64,000 nt of DNA from Adineta vaga (Eukaryota > Animalia > Rotifera). The stretch lies in the NCBI GenBank assembly GCA_021613535.1, contig CP075492.1, forward strand, positions 7,316,001 through 7,380,000, in the 5' to 3' direction. A program made the position numbers and the translations under genes. Under the pieces are notes generated by a model, which saw only the letters and a program-made list of their open reading frames with translations, did no database searches and had not been told where the DNA came from. This document shows, piece after piece, positions 1-11,463 of this stretch. Positions within the stretch are counted from its first letter, which is position 1, and every line of letters begins with the position of its first letter.

Positions 1-2042
1 TGTGCAAGAAATGATCATATAATGATGAAATTGTAGAAAATAAAAATATGAACAAACCTGTAGAGAAGAGGAATTAAAGCACGAACGAGAAATAGTGAAA
101 GAACACCTTGATTCCATAGTTCCGTTATATCGATGAAAACGTGTTCGAGAGCAATAAGTACTTCAAGCATAACTATACCATAAAGAGCAGCTGTTTCATA
201 ACGATTTTCTGTTTCAAAGGGTTCACTTGGTGACAAACAATCGCCTAAATTATTATGGTCATATTCATTCAACTAACTAATTGAAATGGATGTTACCTGG
301 TTGACTTGTACAAACACTTGAATTTTTCATTGTTACTTCGATCATAAAAGAAAAGATGAAACAAAGTATGAAGGAACCAAGGAAGAAAATATGATTATCA
401 ATATTCCAAATCGATTTTTGCGTGCATTTTTGAATTCCTTCAACGATATTTTGAATGAGCAAGTCAGATGTCAATTGATCAGTTTTATAAAGAGGAAAAG
501 AAGTGACATGATGGATGATTGGAATCAGATGTAGACATATGAGAATAATACACATTAAAATAAAAACGAACAGCAAACGACTGATTTTACGCTCTTGTCT
601 TTCACTGAAAGGAATACAAGAGTGATGATTATCGTAAGGGTCAAGTGGATCTTTCAATTCACCTTGGAGATATCGATATTTGATTGCTATAACTATCACT
701 AGGATTTTGACGACCTTGTGTTGCCTCCTGTGTTTTGAATAGAGTTTCAAAAAACCTATTTGAAAACAATGAAATAATACAAAAAATTCACAACTCACTT
801 GCTGAATTTGTTAACACATCTTTGTTGATATGTTTGCATTGATTGAAATGTCAAGATGAAAAGGAGAAGTACGATGAACAATCCAATTGACAATTGTATA
901 AACTTCATAGACACTAAAACATTGGAAAAAAAGGTATGAAAATGCGAATTTAAATACATATAGTAGAAGCTTTCACGATTTCTGCAATATAGACCATCTG
1001 ACCAGAAATAACATGAACATTTAAAACCAACTAAACTATTCACACAACGTCCATGTTTACCGCAAATATCATTAGCAAAACAAAAATCTAATACTAAAGA
1101 AGTTAAGTGATTGTATCATTTTTTTTAAATGTATTCTACGAACCATATTGGCACATGTATTTATAGTCTGAATCGAGATCAATATCGTTGATTGAACAAA
1201 TGAATTTTTCTGATTGTAAATATCTGGTTAATAGAAATACTTTCGAATCCGTTTCCAATGCATTCCATGTTAATTGATCACACATTTTATAAATATCAAT
1301 CAATTGATCAGAACTATCGACGACAACAGCAGATTTCAATGTAGATGGTATACTGTTGCTTTGTAAATCAATTTCGACATTGTCATACCAGTGTGTTTCT
1401 TGTTGTGATTGATTAAAGATTCTTGTTTGTTTTTTATAATAATTGAAACGAATTCGTCGAAATTTGTTTTCAGCTATTTGCCATTTGGAACGATCATTTT
1501 TCGAGAAGTTCTCAACGAATTCTCTATCTAATACAAAAAAAATGAAATCAACAAATCTCGAGACATTTTCTTACTGTTAACTAATTTGGAATCGATTTCA
1601 ATGAGTATCTCATGTAGATTGTTTGTAACAAGAATATGAGTTAGATAAAAAACTTCGATTGAATGACGAATTTTTGTCAATTGAGAACTATTCAAATAAA
1701 GTATATTACATGTGTCATTAGCGTTTATAGCTGTAGATGATACATTGGAGAGAATATAACATGAACCACCGAATCGTTGCCATCCGTTGGGACATCGATA
1801 TCGATTAACTGCAATACACACATAATACATCCATCGATTTTCTATTTGAAAGTAGATCATGATTAATACTCACTAGTTTTTTGACTGGTGTCAATGGTTG
1901 ATAAAAGTTTATCTGAGAACGACGAAAGATAATTTTCATTGAGATCAAATGGATGAATCGACAGAGCACAGTAGTTTCGATCGGTAAGGATAGTAATGAT
2001 AGAAATAAGTAAGAAAGAAATTCGTGAATACAGTAAAGTCAT
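1..2042 (-). CDS. Multi-exon membrane protein: signal peptide, C-type-lectin-like domain, EGF domain, then several TM helices resembling the STRA6/STRA6-like family; runs off the window start
   Basis: ATG at 2042 (MTLLYSRISFLLISIITIL). Donor at 1873. CPNGWQRFGGSCY is a CTLD start. CFANDICGKHGRCVNSLVGFKCSCYFWSDGLYC is an EGF domain. Hydrophobic helices lie in ORFs 795..1043, 277..798 and 15..272, including PGDCLSPSEPFETENRYETAALYG. Confidence 0.7.
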
Positions 2043-2595
2043 TTTGACGTGATATGACAGAATTATTTGTTTTTGTCGCCGATTTTTACTCTAGAAGAAA
2101 GAAAACGAGAGACGAGATGTGTGAAATAAAAGTGTAATAAAAGATATTCTCATGATAGCTAATTTTTTTTTCTTTTCTCTGTGTTTTTTTAGAGATGTAT
2201 TTTGATTAAGTACTAAGATAAATTTGCGGTAAACTGATATCGTTTTAGTAGCAAATACATCATAGTTGACGATGATTTTTTTCCCAATACCTTTTTTAAT
2301 TGTTGTCGTCATAAATCTTTTTATGACACATACCGAAAATATATTCTTACATACATAGCCATATTATACTGGTAATCTTAACAAGGTTTATAAAACGATG
2401 ATAAAAACCTAAAAATAGAGATTTATTATTCTCTACTGGGCTTTTTTTACAGTTTAAAATATTTTCTGGCATTATTCTTCTTTTATTAACTGTTGAAGTT
2501 TCAATAGCTAAAAATCTCTTCTTTCGAAATAAATTCAACAAAAACAAGAGGATAATCTTAAATAGTTGTACATTTATTAATCCCAAAACAAAATG

Positions 2596-4374
2596 TCAAG
2601 TATCACGACGGATATATAATTTGATATTGTCTATGTAACATACGTCCGCATAGTTTTTTCGACTTATTGAAACTCTTATATGACGTGTATTCACTGGTAT
2701 TTTTCCAGTGTATGTGTGAGTGATCCACTGAAGTTCTTCTGTACCATTAATGAATGATTCTAAACAACAGCAAAGACATGAGATGACCGAAAGGAAAGAA
2801 TGGTATCATCTTTTTTTTTGACATACCTGATTCAAATAACGTTTCTATTAGTTTATTAGAGAAAAATAGACGAATTGACAGATCGCCATTGATACAATTG
2901 GCATCGATCATTAGCTCATATTTTACTTCGGACCTGCTAACGATGCAAGAAAAATTGGTCATATCTATTAATTGAACCAATTCTATTTCCTTTCGAATAA
3001 CTGTAAAATTATAGTAGCATTTTCCAAATCGAATATCATTGAAATTTTCGTTTATTGATATAGTTGGATATTCTGCATCTTCTGGATTCGCATTAAGCCA
3101 AAAATAAATATCGCTTCCCACTTCAGGTGAACACTAAAATCAGTAATTAACTAATTGAATTCATTGAATAGAAAGACGGATGATTATGAGATAATCATGA
3201 AATGTGTAAAATCAATCGACTTATGTTCTTTCGTACAGTATTGTAATTTACTTACATTTAATTCTGCATCTCCATTTCGGATCAAATTTGATGTATCTAT
3301 TTTCCACGTTCCATTCGGGAAGATCACATTGCCTAATTGTAATCGTCCATCATTGAGTGCTTTCTGAAATTCTATGTTATGAAATATGGAAGCACCAGTC
3401 ATATCTGCGTCCATAATGTGAATAGAAGCATGTGGAAAGACTTCAGCATGACGAAAATCAGTGAATATCAAATTTGTACTAAATATTTTTGTGATGCCTT
3501 TAAATTGAGCTCCACTAAAATTAGCATATGCTAAATCTGTTTCGGAAAAAAGAATATCACAAAGTTGAGTATTTTGAAAAGCAGCTCGTGTCAATCTTGT
3601 TTCTTGGAAAGAAAGAGATGTTTGAATATCTTCTTGATATCGGTTGAGACACTGAAATATGGATCCTGTAAATTTTATATTAACCATTATTGAGAGATGA
3701 AAACTAACGCCATCCGCAAAAGTAGTACCACGAAATGATGCATCAGTCAAATCAGCTGATGGTAAAGATAGTCGATCGAATCGAAGTGATTTATAAGTAC
3801 TACTTTCAATTGTAATATTGGCGAGATTAGCTCCTGTGAGATCTAATAATTGATTCATATTAGAAGTATGAATTTCTAATGGAATACGTGGAAGAAGTTT
3901 GTTTTCATAAAGAAATAGAAATAATCGTGTTTTTCGTTTCCAATCCAGATCATTCAAGGCCACCAATGTTTGACTTTTAATGTAAGCTAGTTTCGTTTTA
4001 TTATCGATAAATGTTGTTTGTTGTTGTTGCTGCTGCTGAGGTTGTTTGAAGATTGTGTTCGAAATATCGGTAATGTAAGTTTTAAAAACATCTTGATAAT
4101 GAAGTTCATCTGCTTGTTCATGTTCTAGATGATAGCGTCGATCATCGAGTTCACGTTCTTGTTGTTGACGACGATCATCAAGCTGTTGCTGACGTACAGT
4201 AATAACAACAGTTACTATACCAATCATCAAAGGAATCGAAGCGTTAAGTGCTATATTTACCCAACTAAGATGTTTTAATTTTCGTTCTACTTCTTTACTG
4301 GATGACGATGTGGGTAATATTGGTACGGAATTTTTTTGTTTTGCTTGTCGATATCTTCTATACATCCGGAACAT
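2596..4374 (-). CDS. Single-TM pentapeptide-repeat protein with a C-terminal beta-sandwich-like domain (3 exons: 4374-3256, 3133-2827, 2759-2596)
   Basis: TM segment WVNIALNASIPLMIGIVTVVITV, then a coiled coil and A(D/N)LXX repeats (GANLA, SADLTDASFRG, TDLAYANFSGAQF). GT-AG splicing joins NLIRNGDAELN|CSPEVG...TLFES|ESFING...YIDNIKLYIRRDT, ending in TGA at 2596-2598. Confidence 0.85.
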
Positions 4375-5058
4375 TTTAAACCAAATATTAGAGTAAAAAG
4401 AAATGATTCGTTTTATACAACTATATTCTATTTTTAATACACTGATCAAATTTCTAAACAAAAAACATGGCGAAACGCGAAAGACTACATATTTAATTTC
4501 ATTGACGACAGAAATATACAAGATTTTAATATTACAACTGTTAGTATCAACTATTTGTTCGTTTACAGTATTTTATTACATTGCATACATGACACTATTT
4601 TTCTGGATTAAATAAAGAAATATATACTGAATATTGTTTTTCGATTGACGTGAATGTCATCAATACTCAGCATGCACACTCACCTACTTTTCAGTGTTGA
4701 AATTACATCTATTCGTACTATAATTGATTCTATACAATTAAATATTAATGATCGTATTGAAAATAAACATCGAATTCTTTGGTAAGAATTGAACATATTT
4801 AGAGTTCAACTCTCGTTTATTCAACAAAACAAAAACGGATTTCAATATCTGACTGTGAATAAATTAATAACAATTATCAATAGTTTTTTTTTATTGTATT
4901 CATTTTCTCTTGAACAAAGAAAATCGTTGATATCATTTGCGAAATAATTCTTCGTACGTCAACTCAATTGTCAAAGGTTTGCCAAGTCATTGAATTATGA
5001 TTATAATGCACGACATTCATCATCATTTAACCTGAAAAAAAACCAGAAACCAATACTT

Positions 5059-6402
5059 TCAAGCTTGATAATCCAATGAAGAAAAAGAAAAAGAAAAAAT
5101 TTCTTTACTTGTTTCGCTATTCGATGAAGTTTCATTTAATTTATCACTTATAGCTTGTTCAATCGATATATTTGAATCATTCCAAGTAGCATTAATTCCG
5201 AGATTATTTAATCTTTGCATTAAGGCTTCATCAACACCACGGTAGGAAAAATTTTCTGTTGAAAGAACTTCTGGTCGATGAAAACTTGTTACACGTTCTC
5301 GTGATTGCATTACTTTGGAATGTACACGTTTCAACATACGATCTTCATATTGTTTCATAGCAGCGTGTAAATCCGAAGTATTTTGAGTAATTATATCACT
5401 TAAATCAACAGCATCGAGAAGAGCTTGATTAGCACCTTGTCCCTTAAATGGAGACATTGGATGAGCAGCATCACCAATTAAAGCAATTTGTATTCCATCT
5501 TTGTCTTCATCGGGAATTTCTACTAAATCTCGATCGAATGCTGGTATTCCCATAAGATGATTTAATTGTGTTTTAGTAATCATTTCAGGTATAGGTGTAT
5601 GCCAATCAGCACATTTTTCCATTAACATTTGTTTTAACATTTCAGGATCTCGTGATAATTGAGTAGCTAGAGTTTGAGTAGCTGGAAATGAAAGTTGCCA
5701 CATAATGGATTCTTCTGATCTTGATTTGGAAAATGGCATTGCAAAAAGACGATAACATCCATCCATTGTTTGAAATACGCGATCTTTCGTTAGAAAATGA
5801 TCGATATCTCCTGTAATTCCTAATACGACCAACATACCCAAATAATTTAATGGTTTATCAACAAGTGGATGATATTTAAAAGAACGTACTAATCCATTAA
5901 TTCCATCAGCACCAATAACTAGATCAACACCTGCTATTGTATAATCGTTCGTAAATGAAACTCTATGTAAAGCACGATCAATCTGACAAAGACGATGATT
6001 CCATTGAATACCATCAGAACCGAGTGGATGTAATGAAATATATCGATTCATAAGAATTCGTCGTAATTCTTGTCTTTCACTATGTAAATTATGTTTCTTC
6101 TTTGCTTTTGGTTGATTATCAGCTTCTGGCCAAAATATAGTTCCAAAAAAACCAATCATACTTCCATATTTATCAAAGATATAATGTGATCGAGAAGGTG
6201 TATCAAGTGAATGTACTTCTTCAAATACATGAAATCGTTTTAATGCACTTATTCCTTGTAGAATAGTTAATCCATAACCTTGACGACGACTATCCATACC
6301 TATATCTCGTTCATAGACTGTTACATCTGTATATCCATGTTGAAGTAATCCAATGCCGACAGCAAATCCTCCAAGACCACCACCAATGATGACAATTTTC
6401 AT
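5059..6402 (-). CDS. FAD-dependent monooxygenase (group A flavoprotein hydroxylase, UbiH/TetX-like superfamily)
   Basis: MKIVIIGGGLGG Rossmann motif from the ATG at 6402, DLVIGADGING (DG motif) and LIGDAAHPMSPFKGQGANQALLDA (GD motif). The catalytic region has no intron. The 3' end may splice (donor 5108, acceptor 5032). Confidence 0.93.
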   Translation of the reverse strand: MKIVIIGGGLGGFAVGIGLLQHGYTDVTVYERDIGMDSRRQGYGLTILQGISALKRFHVFEEVHSLDTPSRSHYIFDKYGSMIGFFGTIFWPEADNQPKAKKKHNLHSERQELRRILMNRYISLHPLGSDGIQWNHRLCQIDRALHRVSFTNDYTIAGVDLVIGADGINGLVRSFKYHPLVDKPLNYLGMLVVLGITGDIDHFLTKDRVFQTMDGCYRLFAMPFSKSRSEESIMWQLSFPATQTLATQLSRDPEMLKQMLMEKCADWHTPIPEMITKTQLNHLMGIPAFDRDLVEIPDEDKDGIQIALIGDAAHPMSPFKGQGANQALLDAVDLSDIITQNTSDLHAAMKQYEDRMLKRVHSKVMQSRERVTSFHRPEVLSTENFSYRGVDEALMQRLNNLGINATWNDSNISIEQAISDKLNETSSNSETSKEIFSFSFSSLDYQA

Positions 6403-7227
6403 TTCAATTACAATAGCTACAAAAAGAAAGGAAAACATTTTACTAATAAATCCTATTTTTACAACATACATTGAAAAATAAAACTTCCATATTATTCAGC
6501 TGCATGGAAAAGAAAGTATACAAATCGACATCGTAAGACACGTTTCATACAGAAAAGAAAGATTGGAGTAGGAGAGAACAACAACAACAGAAAGAAAGAA
6601 AATATTAGTGGCGTTGTTTTTTTTCTATTCTTTTATTCATGTCGTGTTACATCCATGTGATTCATTCTGCTCTCTTGTGCCATTTAAATTCGCTATAGTA
6701 GTGACTTATGAACAAGATTATATACAAACATTTGTTTTCTTTCTACTCTTGTATATGTATAGATAGAGAATATCTTCTGAAATACGTGCATATTATCGAA
6801 GAATGTAATATGTGGATGTCAAATAAATAATTGGGATATATGCATGTCAACAAACTCATCACCAAGAATATACAAAATTTGTCGTATAGATTCTATCGAA
6901 TAAACGTATGAAATATTTTTCTACTGTACATCGTTTCACAAAAATAATCGTAGTACTAAACCAGATAACAGCTCGTTTTATTTCTTTTGTTTGTCATATA
7001 ATGTTGTTCTCTTACATTACCACACCAATAAATTGTCATATATGACAATGAGATAGTAGATAAAATTCATGACAAAAGAGTATTGACAGCTTTTTCTCTA
7101 TGATTGTGATGGTAGTCGCAGCAATTTATTTAGTGGCAAAACCATTCTTTATCGACGACCATCCAATTGCGAGTTCTTCTTATTCTGGAATCAAAAGAGC
7201 AAAACCGGAACAAAATATATCGATCAT

Positions 7228-7802
7228 TTGCAGAACTATGAAGGATTCCATCTATGTCCATCGACTTTGGAAAATTCAAAGAATTCAGCAGATGGTAAAC
7301 TGATTTATTATTTAGGAAAACTTGTGGAACGTTTCTCTTTCATATTGATTATTCATGGAAACGATAAAATCTATAAAGAAACCATTTGCTGTGTCACTGC
7401 TGATTATCACGAAGCAAAGATCACTGATATGCGTATTAAAAATCCGCCTTTGAGTGTGTTTGTACATTTAAAATTGATAATCCTCACAAAATGTATGCCC
7501 ATCAACAATCGGATTGTGGACAGTTAAATAGAAAACAAGATGAGAATGTAAAAAAACTTAGCGAAGTATATTTCAATCCTAATTGTACTCTTCTAACTGT
7601 TTGGACGACTAACAAACATAAAGCTCAACATGAGCAGTATTATCATCGTTATTTTCGACCAAATGAATTATTTTGGCACTTACGAACAACACTAGAAAGT
7701 GATACCGATGTACGAATAGAATGTTGTGATGCAAATGTCAAGCTTACATTGGACGAATTTGGTCATCATATTTGTTGCAAACATGAAATCGATGCTATCT
7801 GA
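7228..7802 (+). pseudogene. Possible frameshifted relic of an unknown gene
   Basis: Overlapping protein-like ORFs 7228..7527 and 7491..7802 in different frames with no clear splice junction; no family recognised. Confidence 0.3.
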
Positions 7803-8110
7803 AAGACTCTTCAAAAAGCCCACTATTGGTTTGATGTGCAAATCTCGCACTAAATGAACTACTATTTTCAATGCACATGTACGCTTATTTCAATATATTT
7901 AACTGCTGAGATATGTAAGAAAATGGAATCAACCAATTGCAACTTTGTTTCAGTTAAAACTCTAGTTCAAATATAAGTATCCCAATGCCATTAGTGAAAG
8001 TATAGTACTTTGTCAACGAAAAAGCCCATTACATTCATATCTACTCTAATATAATGGAAAATAAATGAAATTTTTTCTCAGTACTACAGGTCACCAGTCA
8101 TCGCTATTTT

Positions 8111-8560
8111 TCAGCTTGCTGCTTGTTGATCGACACTGTCTGTTAGTTTTGGATATAGGGTTAGATCGGATGAGTTTTGAACTCTATAAATACCATCATT
8201 AATCGTAGGTAGTTGGTTATGAATTTCTAAAAATTTAATACAATCACGAACATAATGTTGACATTTATTTGTCCATAATGAATAAATTGTACCAGATGAG
8301 TTATGTTTTAGTCTAAATTCATCAATTTCAAGTAGAGTCTTTCGTGTATATCCAACTGGATAATAATCAATAATGTGGTTTTTAAAGAATCGATATTCAC
8401 CAAAACGTAATTCTATCGTTCCATTCTTAGCGGTCTGTAAATCTGTATAATAAAATTTTTCATTTTTCGTCTTTAGCAAACAGATATGATGAGCTGAATT
8501 GGCGTGCACTGTCCAATAAGTATCACGTCCAATTGTTTTTATCAATATATAAGCTTTCAT
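8111..8560 (-). CDS. Small permuted papain-like (PPPDE/DeSI/LRAT-type) cysteine peptidase
   Basis: 149 aa, intronless. N-terminal His (SAHHICLL) and YSLWTNKCQHYV match the Y-x-L-x-x-N-[N]-C-x-H-[FY] catalytic Cys motif. Confidence 0.75.
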   Translation of the reverse strand: MKAYILIKTIGRDTYWTVHANSAHHICLLKTKNEKFYYTDLQTAKNGTIELRFGEYRFFKNHIIDYYPVGYTRKTLLEIDEFRLKHNSSGTIYSLWTNKCQHYVRDCIKFLEIHNQLPTINDGIYRVQNSSDLTLYPKLTDSVDQQAAS

Positions 8561-8895
8561 TATGTCATCTGATATACGTAATATTATAAGGCAGAAGGTA
8601 AAAATTTTCTTCCAACATAGTAATCATAAGACTTTATACAAATATTTAAGAACAGAGGAAAATTCAATGAGACAAGTAGTACAACTTGGATATTATCAAG
8701 CTGATGACTTCGCTTCGCTTTGCTTTACTATTGATTCAGGATGTGTCATTGAATTAATATTTGTACAAATTTTTCGTATGATATTTTGCAATATGTTGTG
8801 AAATTAGGACATGGATTAAATTTCTCTCACTCACAATACACGTATATATTTGTTCCATTAACTATCAATTCATTTATTTCGAATTTGAGAACAAA

Positions 8896-10578
8896 ATGAC
8901 TGATAAAACGGTTTTAGAATCACTTCCAAATGAATTACTCTTAGAAATTTTCTATCATTTACACAGATTTGATCTACTCTATGCATTCAGCAATTTAAAT
9001 AATCGATTTACACATATGATTGACCGATATCTATATAATATAGATCTGTCTGATAATTGTCCAACTTCTTATCGACAGTTTCGATTGTTCCGCAACCATC
9101 TCGCTCCATTGTATGAACGGAAACTTCGATCGCTGAAACTCGTTGGTCTTCAGCAAATACAATCTCTTTTGTGTAATATTCCTCGAATGCGGAATCTTGA
9201 ATCACTTGATATTAGTGGTATAGAAATTGATAATCATTTCAAAACTGTCATCCTAAGAATATTTCTTACAGCTGCTCTTTCATTACCTCGTTTACGGTAC
9301 CTCTCAATCGAAGAAACACCAAAGAGTGTTCTTCAGATTATTTCTTCGTCACGTGCTACGCATACTTTGACTGAAGTAAAACTTATTTATCCTCGTGCTA
9401 CTGGATTATCAAATATTGATAATATTTCAAAAATACATAACATCACACATTTTGCAGCTAATTTCGGATCCATTACAATTTTAGTGCAACTATTAAATAA
9501 ATTACCAAATCTACAAGAATTAAAGGCATATATGGTGAATTTCGATAAACCAGGTTTTTTCGGTAAAATAAAAATACCAAAAAACCTTCACACTCTTTGG
9601 ATCGAATTTGGATGTCATCATTGTTGTACAAAGTTTCGTAGACTTAAAATGTTTCTGAATATATTTCGAAGTTATATTCGTTCATTAACTTTAATATCAG
9701 TCAATGTCGAAGAAGATTTCTCGAATTATGACAAGTTTTACAGTTTAGTAAACGATTTTACTCAGCTAGAAACATTTCAATATTGTATTGGTACGGTGCA
9801 TTACTCTGATTCTCTCTTACGCTTTGAACATGTAGAAAAACAGTTAGATTCCCGTTATTTATTCTATAATCGTTCAAAGTTGCAAATATTAGATCCAATT
9901 TCAGAGACAATAAGAGGTGGTCAGACTTTCGGCCACCATCTCACTCTGTCGGAATTATTTTCCTGCTATGTACTTTGGTACTGCGACCAACGTATACCAA
10001 CGACATTTCAATTAACAGATGATTTAAAATTTGTTAATCTACGGCAAATATCGATCTGCTTTGAGTTTGAAGATGAAGATGAAGAGACCAGATTTCACCA
10101 ATATCTATCGAAATTAATAAGTCTATCGCCAAATCTAACATGGCTAACTTTACATACGGATGGATATTCAAAAGAAATCATTAATATAATGCAACGAATT
10201 ATTCCAGTACAACGAAGAAAACAGATTACATGTCTTGAGATGAAACTATGTTGTGACAATGAAAATCATTATTTTCATTCGACATTTCTATCTGAATTAT
10301 CGGAAAATTGTCCTAGTTTGAAAACACTTCGATTGAATCTTGAATGGCGTGAACAAAATGATAATTTCTCAATCATCGAATTGATCAATAATTTGAGAAA
10401 ATACTTTGGAAAATTAATTCATTTATGGATTGGAACGTGGATTTCAAGAGACAAGTCACCTTTACGAAACGGTTGTCTAGACTACGAGGATGAAATAGAA
10501 AGCATGAAGCTAGATTCACTTGATTATACATTAGAATACCATTGGGAGCATAGGCACTATTTAAATATTTGGTTATAA
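8896..10578 (+). CDS. F-box/LRR protein
   Basis: N-terminal LESLPNELLLEIFYHLHRFDLLYAFSNLNNRF F-box, followed by LxxLxL repeats (LRSLKL, LESLDI, LRYLSI, LQELKA, LKTLRL). 560 aa, intronless. Confidence 0.9.
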   Translation: MTDKTVLESLPNELLLEIFYHLHRFDLLYAFSNLNNRFTHMIDRYLYNIDLSDNCPTSYRQFRLFRNHLAPLYERKLRSLKLVGLQQIQSLLCNIPRMRNLESLDISGIEIDNHFKTVILRIFLTAALSLPRLRYLSIEETPKSVLQIISSSRATHTLTEVKLIYPRATGLSNIDNISKIHNITHFAANFGSITILVQLLNKLPNLQELKAYMVNFDKPGFFGKIKIPKNLHTLWIEFGCHHCCTKFRRLKMFLNIFRSYIRSLTLISVNVEEDFSNYDKFYSLVNDFTQLETFQYCIGTVHYSDSLLRFEHVEKQLDSRYLFYNRSKLQILDPISETIRGGQTFGHHLTLSELFSCYVLWYCDQRIPTTFQLTDDLKFVNLRQISICFEFEDEDEETRFHQYLSKLISLSPNLTWLTLHTDGYSKEIINIMQRIIPVQRRKQITCLEMKLCCDNENHYFHSTFLSELSENCPSLKTLRLNLEWREQNDNFSIIELINNLRKYFGKLIHLWIGTWISRDKSPLRNGCLDYEDEIESMKLDSLDYTLEYHWEHRHYLNIWL

Positions 10579-10717
10579 GATGGTAATTGGCTAGTCTTTG
10601 TTATCTTTTTCTTCTTCTTCATGGTTTTATCGATGAGAACACGTAGTATCATTTGATTAAATAGAAAAGAAAATTTATTTTCAATAAAAAATTAAACAAG
10701 AACAAGAAAAATTATTA

Positions 10718-11463
10718 TTAACGCGACATTTTCAAACTCTTCATAATATTTTCTAGTTGTTGTTTACTATCATCATCAGTATAACTCAATGTAAACAAGA
10801 AATAATAAGAATCATTGTTTGTTTGTCTTGTATATTGAATTTGTTTTAAAACATTTCTATCATCGATAATCATCATTGATTGTTTTCTAATAAATGTTTT
10901 TCCATTTAAATCAACTACGCGACAATTACTTTCAGTTTCTCCTGTAGACAATGATATATTTTCATGAGTCATATCGTTTTTTGTGTATGGAATAGTTCTA
11001 CAGCTATTGTCTGTTACAGTTCCCTTCAGCGCACCTTCAACTATACATACAAGATTTGGATTGCTGTTTCCTAATGTTCCATACGGATATTTGAGGAAAC
11101 CGAAAAGTGGTAATAATTTGTTTTCTAATATTAAAGAAGTTGATCCAACTAAATCACTGCCATTGGTTACAATTAAGTTGCCAAATCTTTGTAATACAGG
11201 AATCAATTGTGAGGTATTCATTACATGCCATCCTTCAGGTTTATCTATTGATATACCAAAGAAAATATTTCCATAGTGATTTGCATATGTATTTTTCATA
11301 TCTGTTGGTAAAATATTGCGTTTGTTCAAAACTATCAAAGTAATTGTCAAATATAATATATTATCTTAAATAATCAAATTATGATGAACTTACTTAGAGG
11401 ATTCGCATCGACAAATACAAATAATGTAACTATTGTCATTATTTTGAAGCATTTTGAATCCAT
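10718..11463 (-). CDS. Secreted protein, probably PsbP/DUF1795-like fold (exon 1 11463-11394, exon 2 11331-10718)
   Basis: Exon 1 MDSKCFKIMTIVTLFVFVDANPL is a signal peptide. A 62 bp GTAAG...TAG intron joins it in frame to ILNKRNILP... The YGNIFFGISIDKPEGW motif and C-terminal beta strands ending LENIMKSLK fit the fold. Confidence 0.7.
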
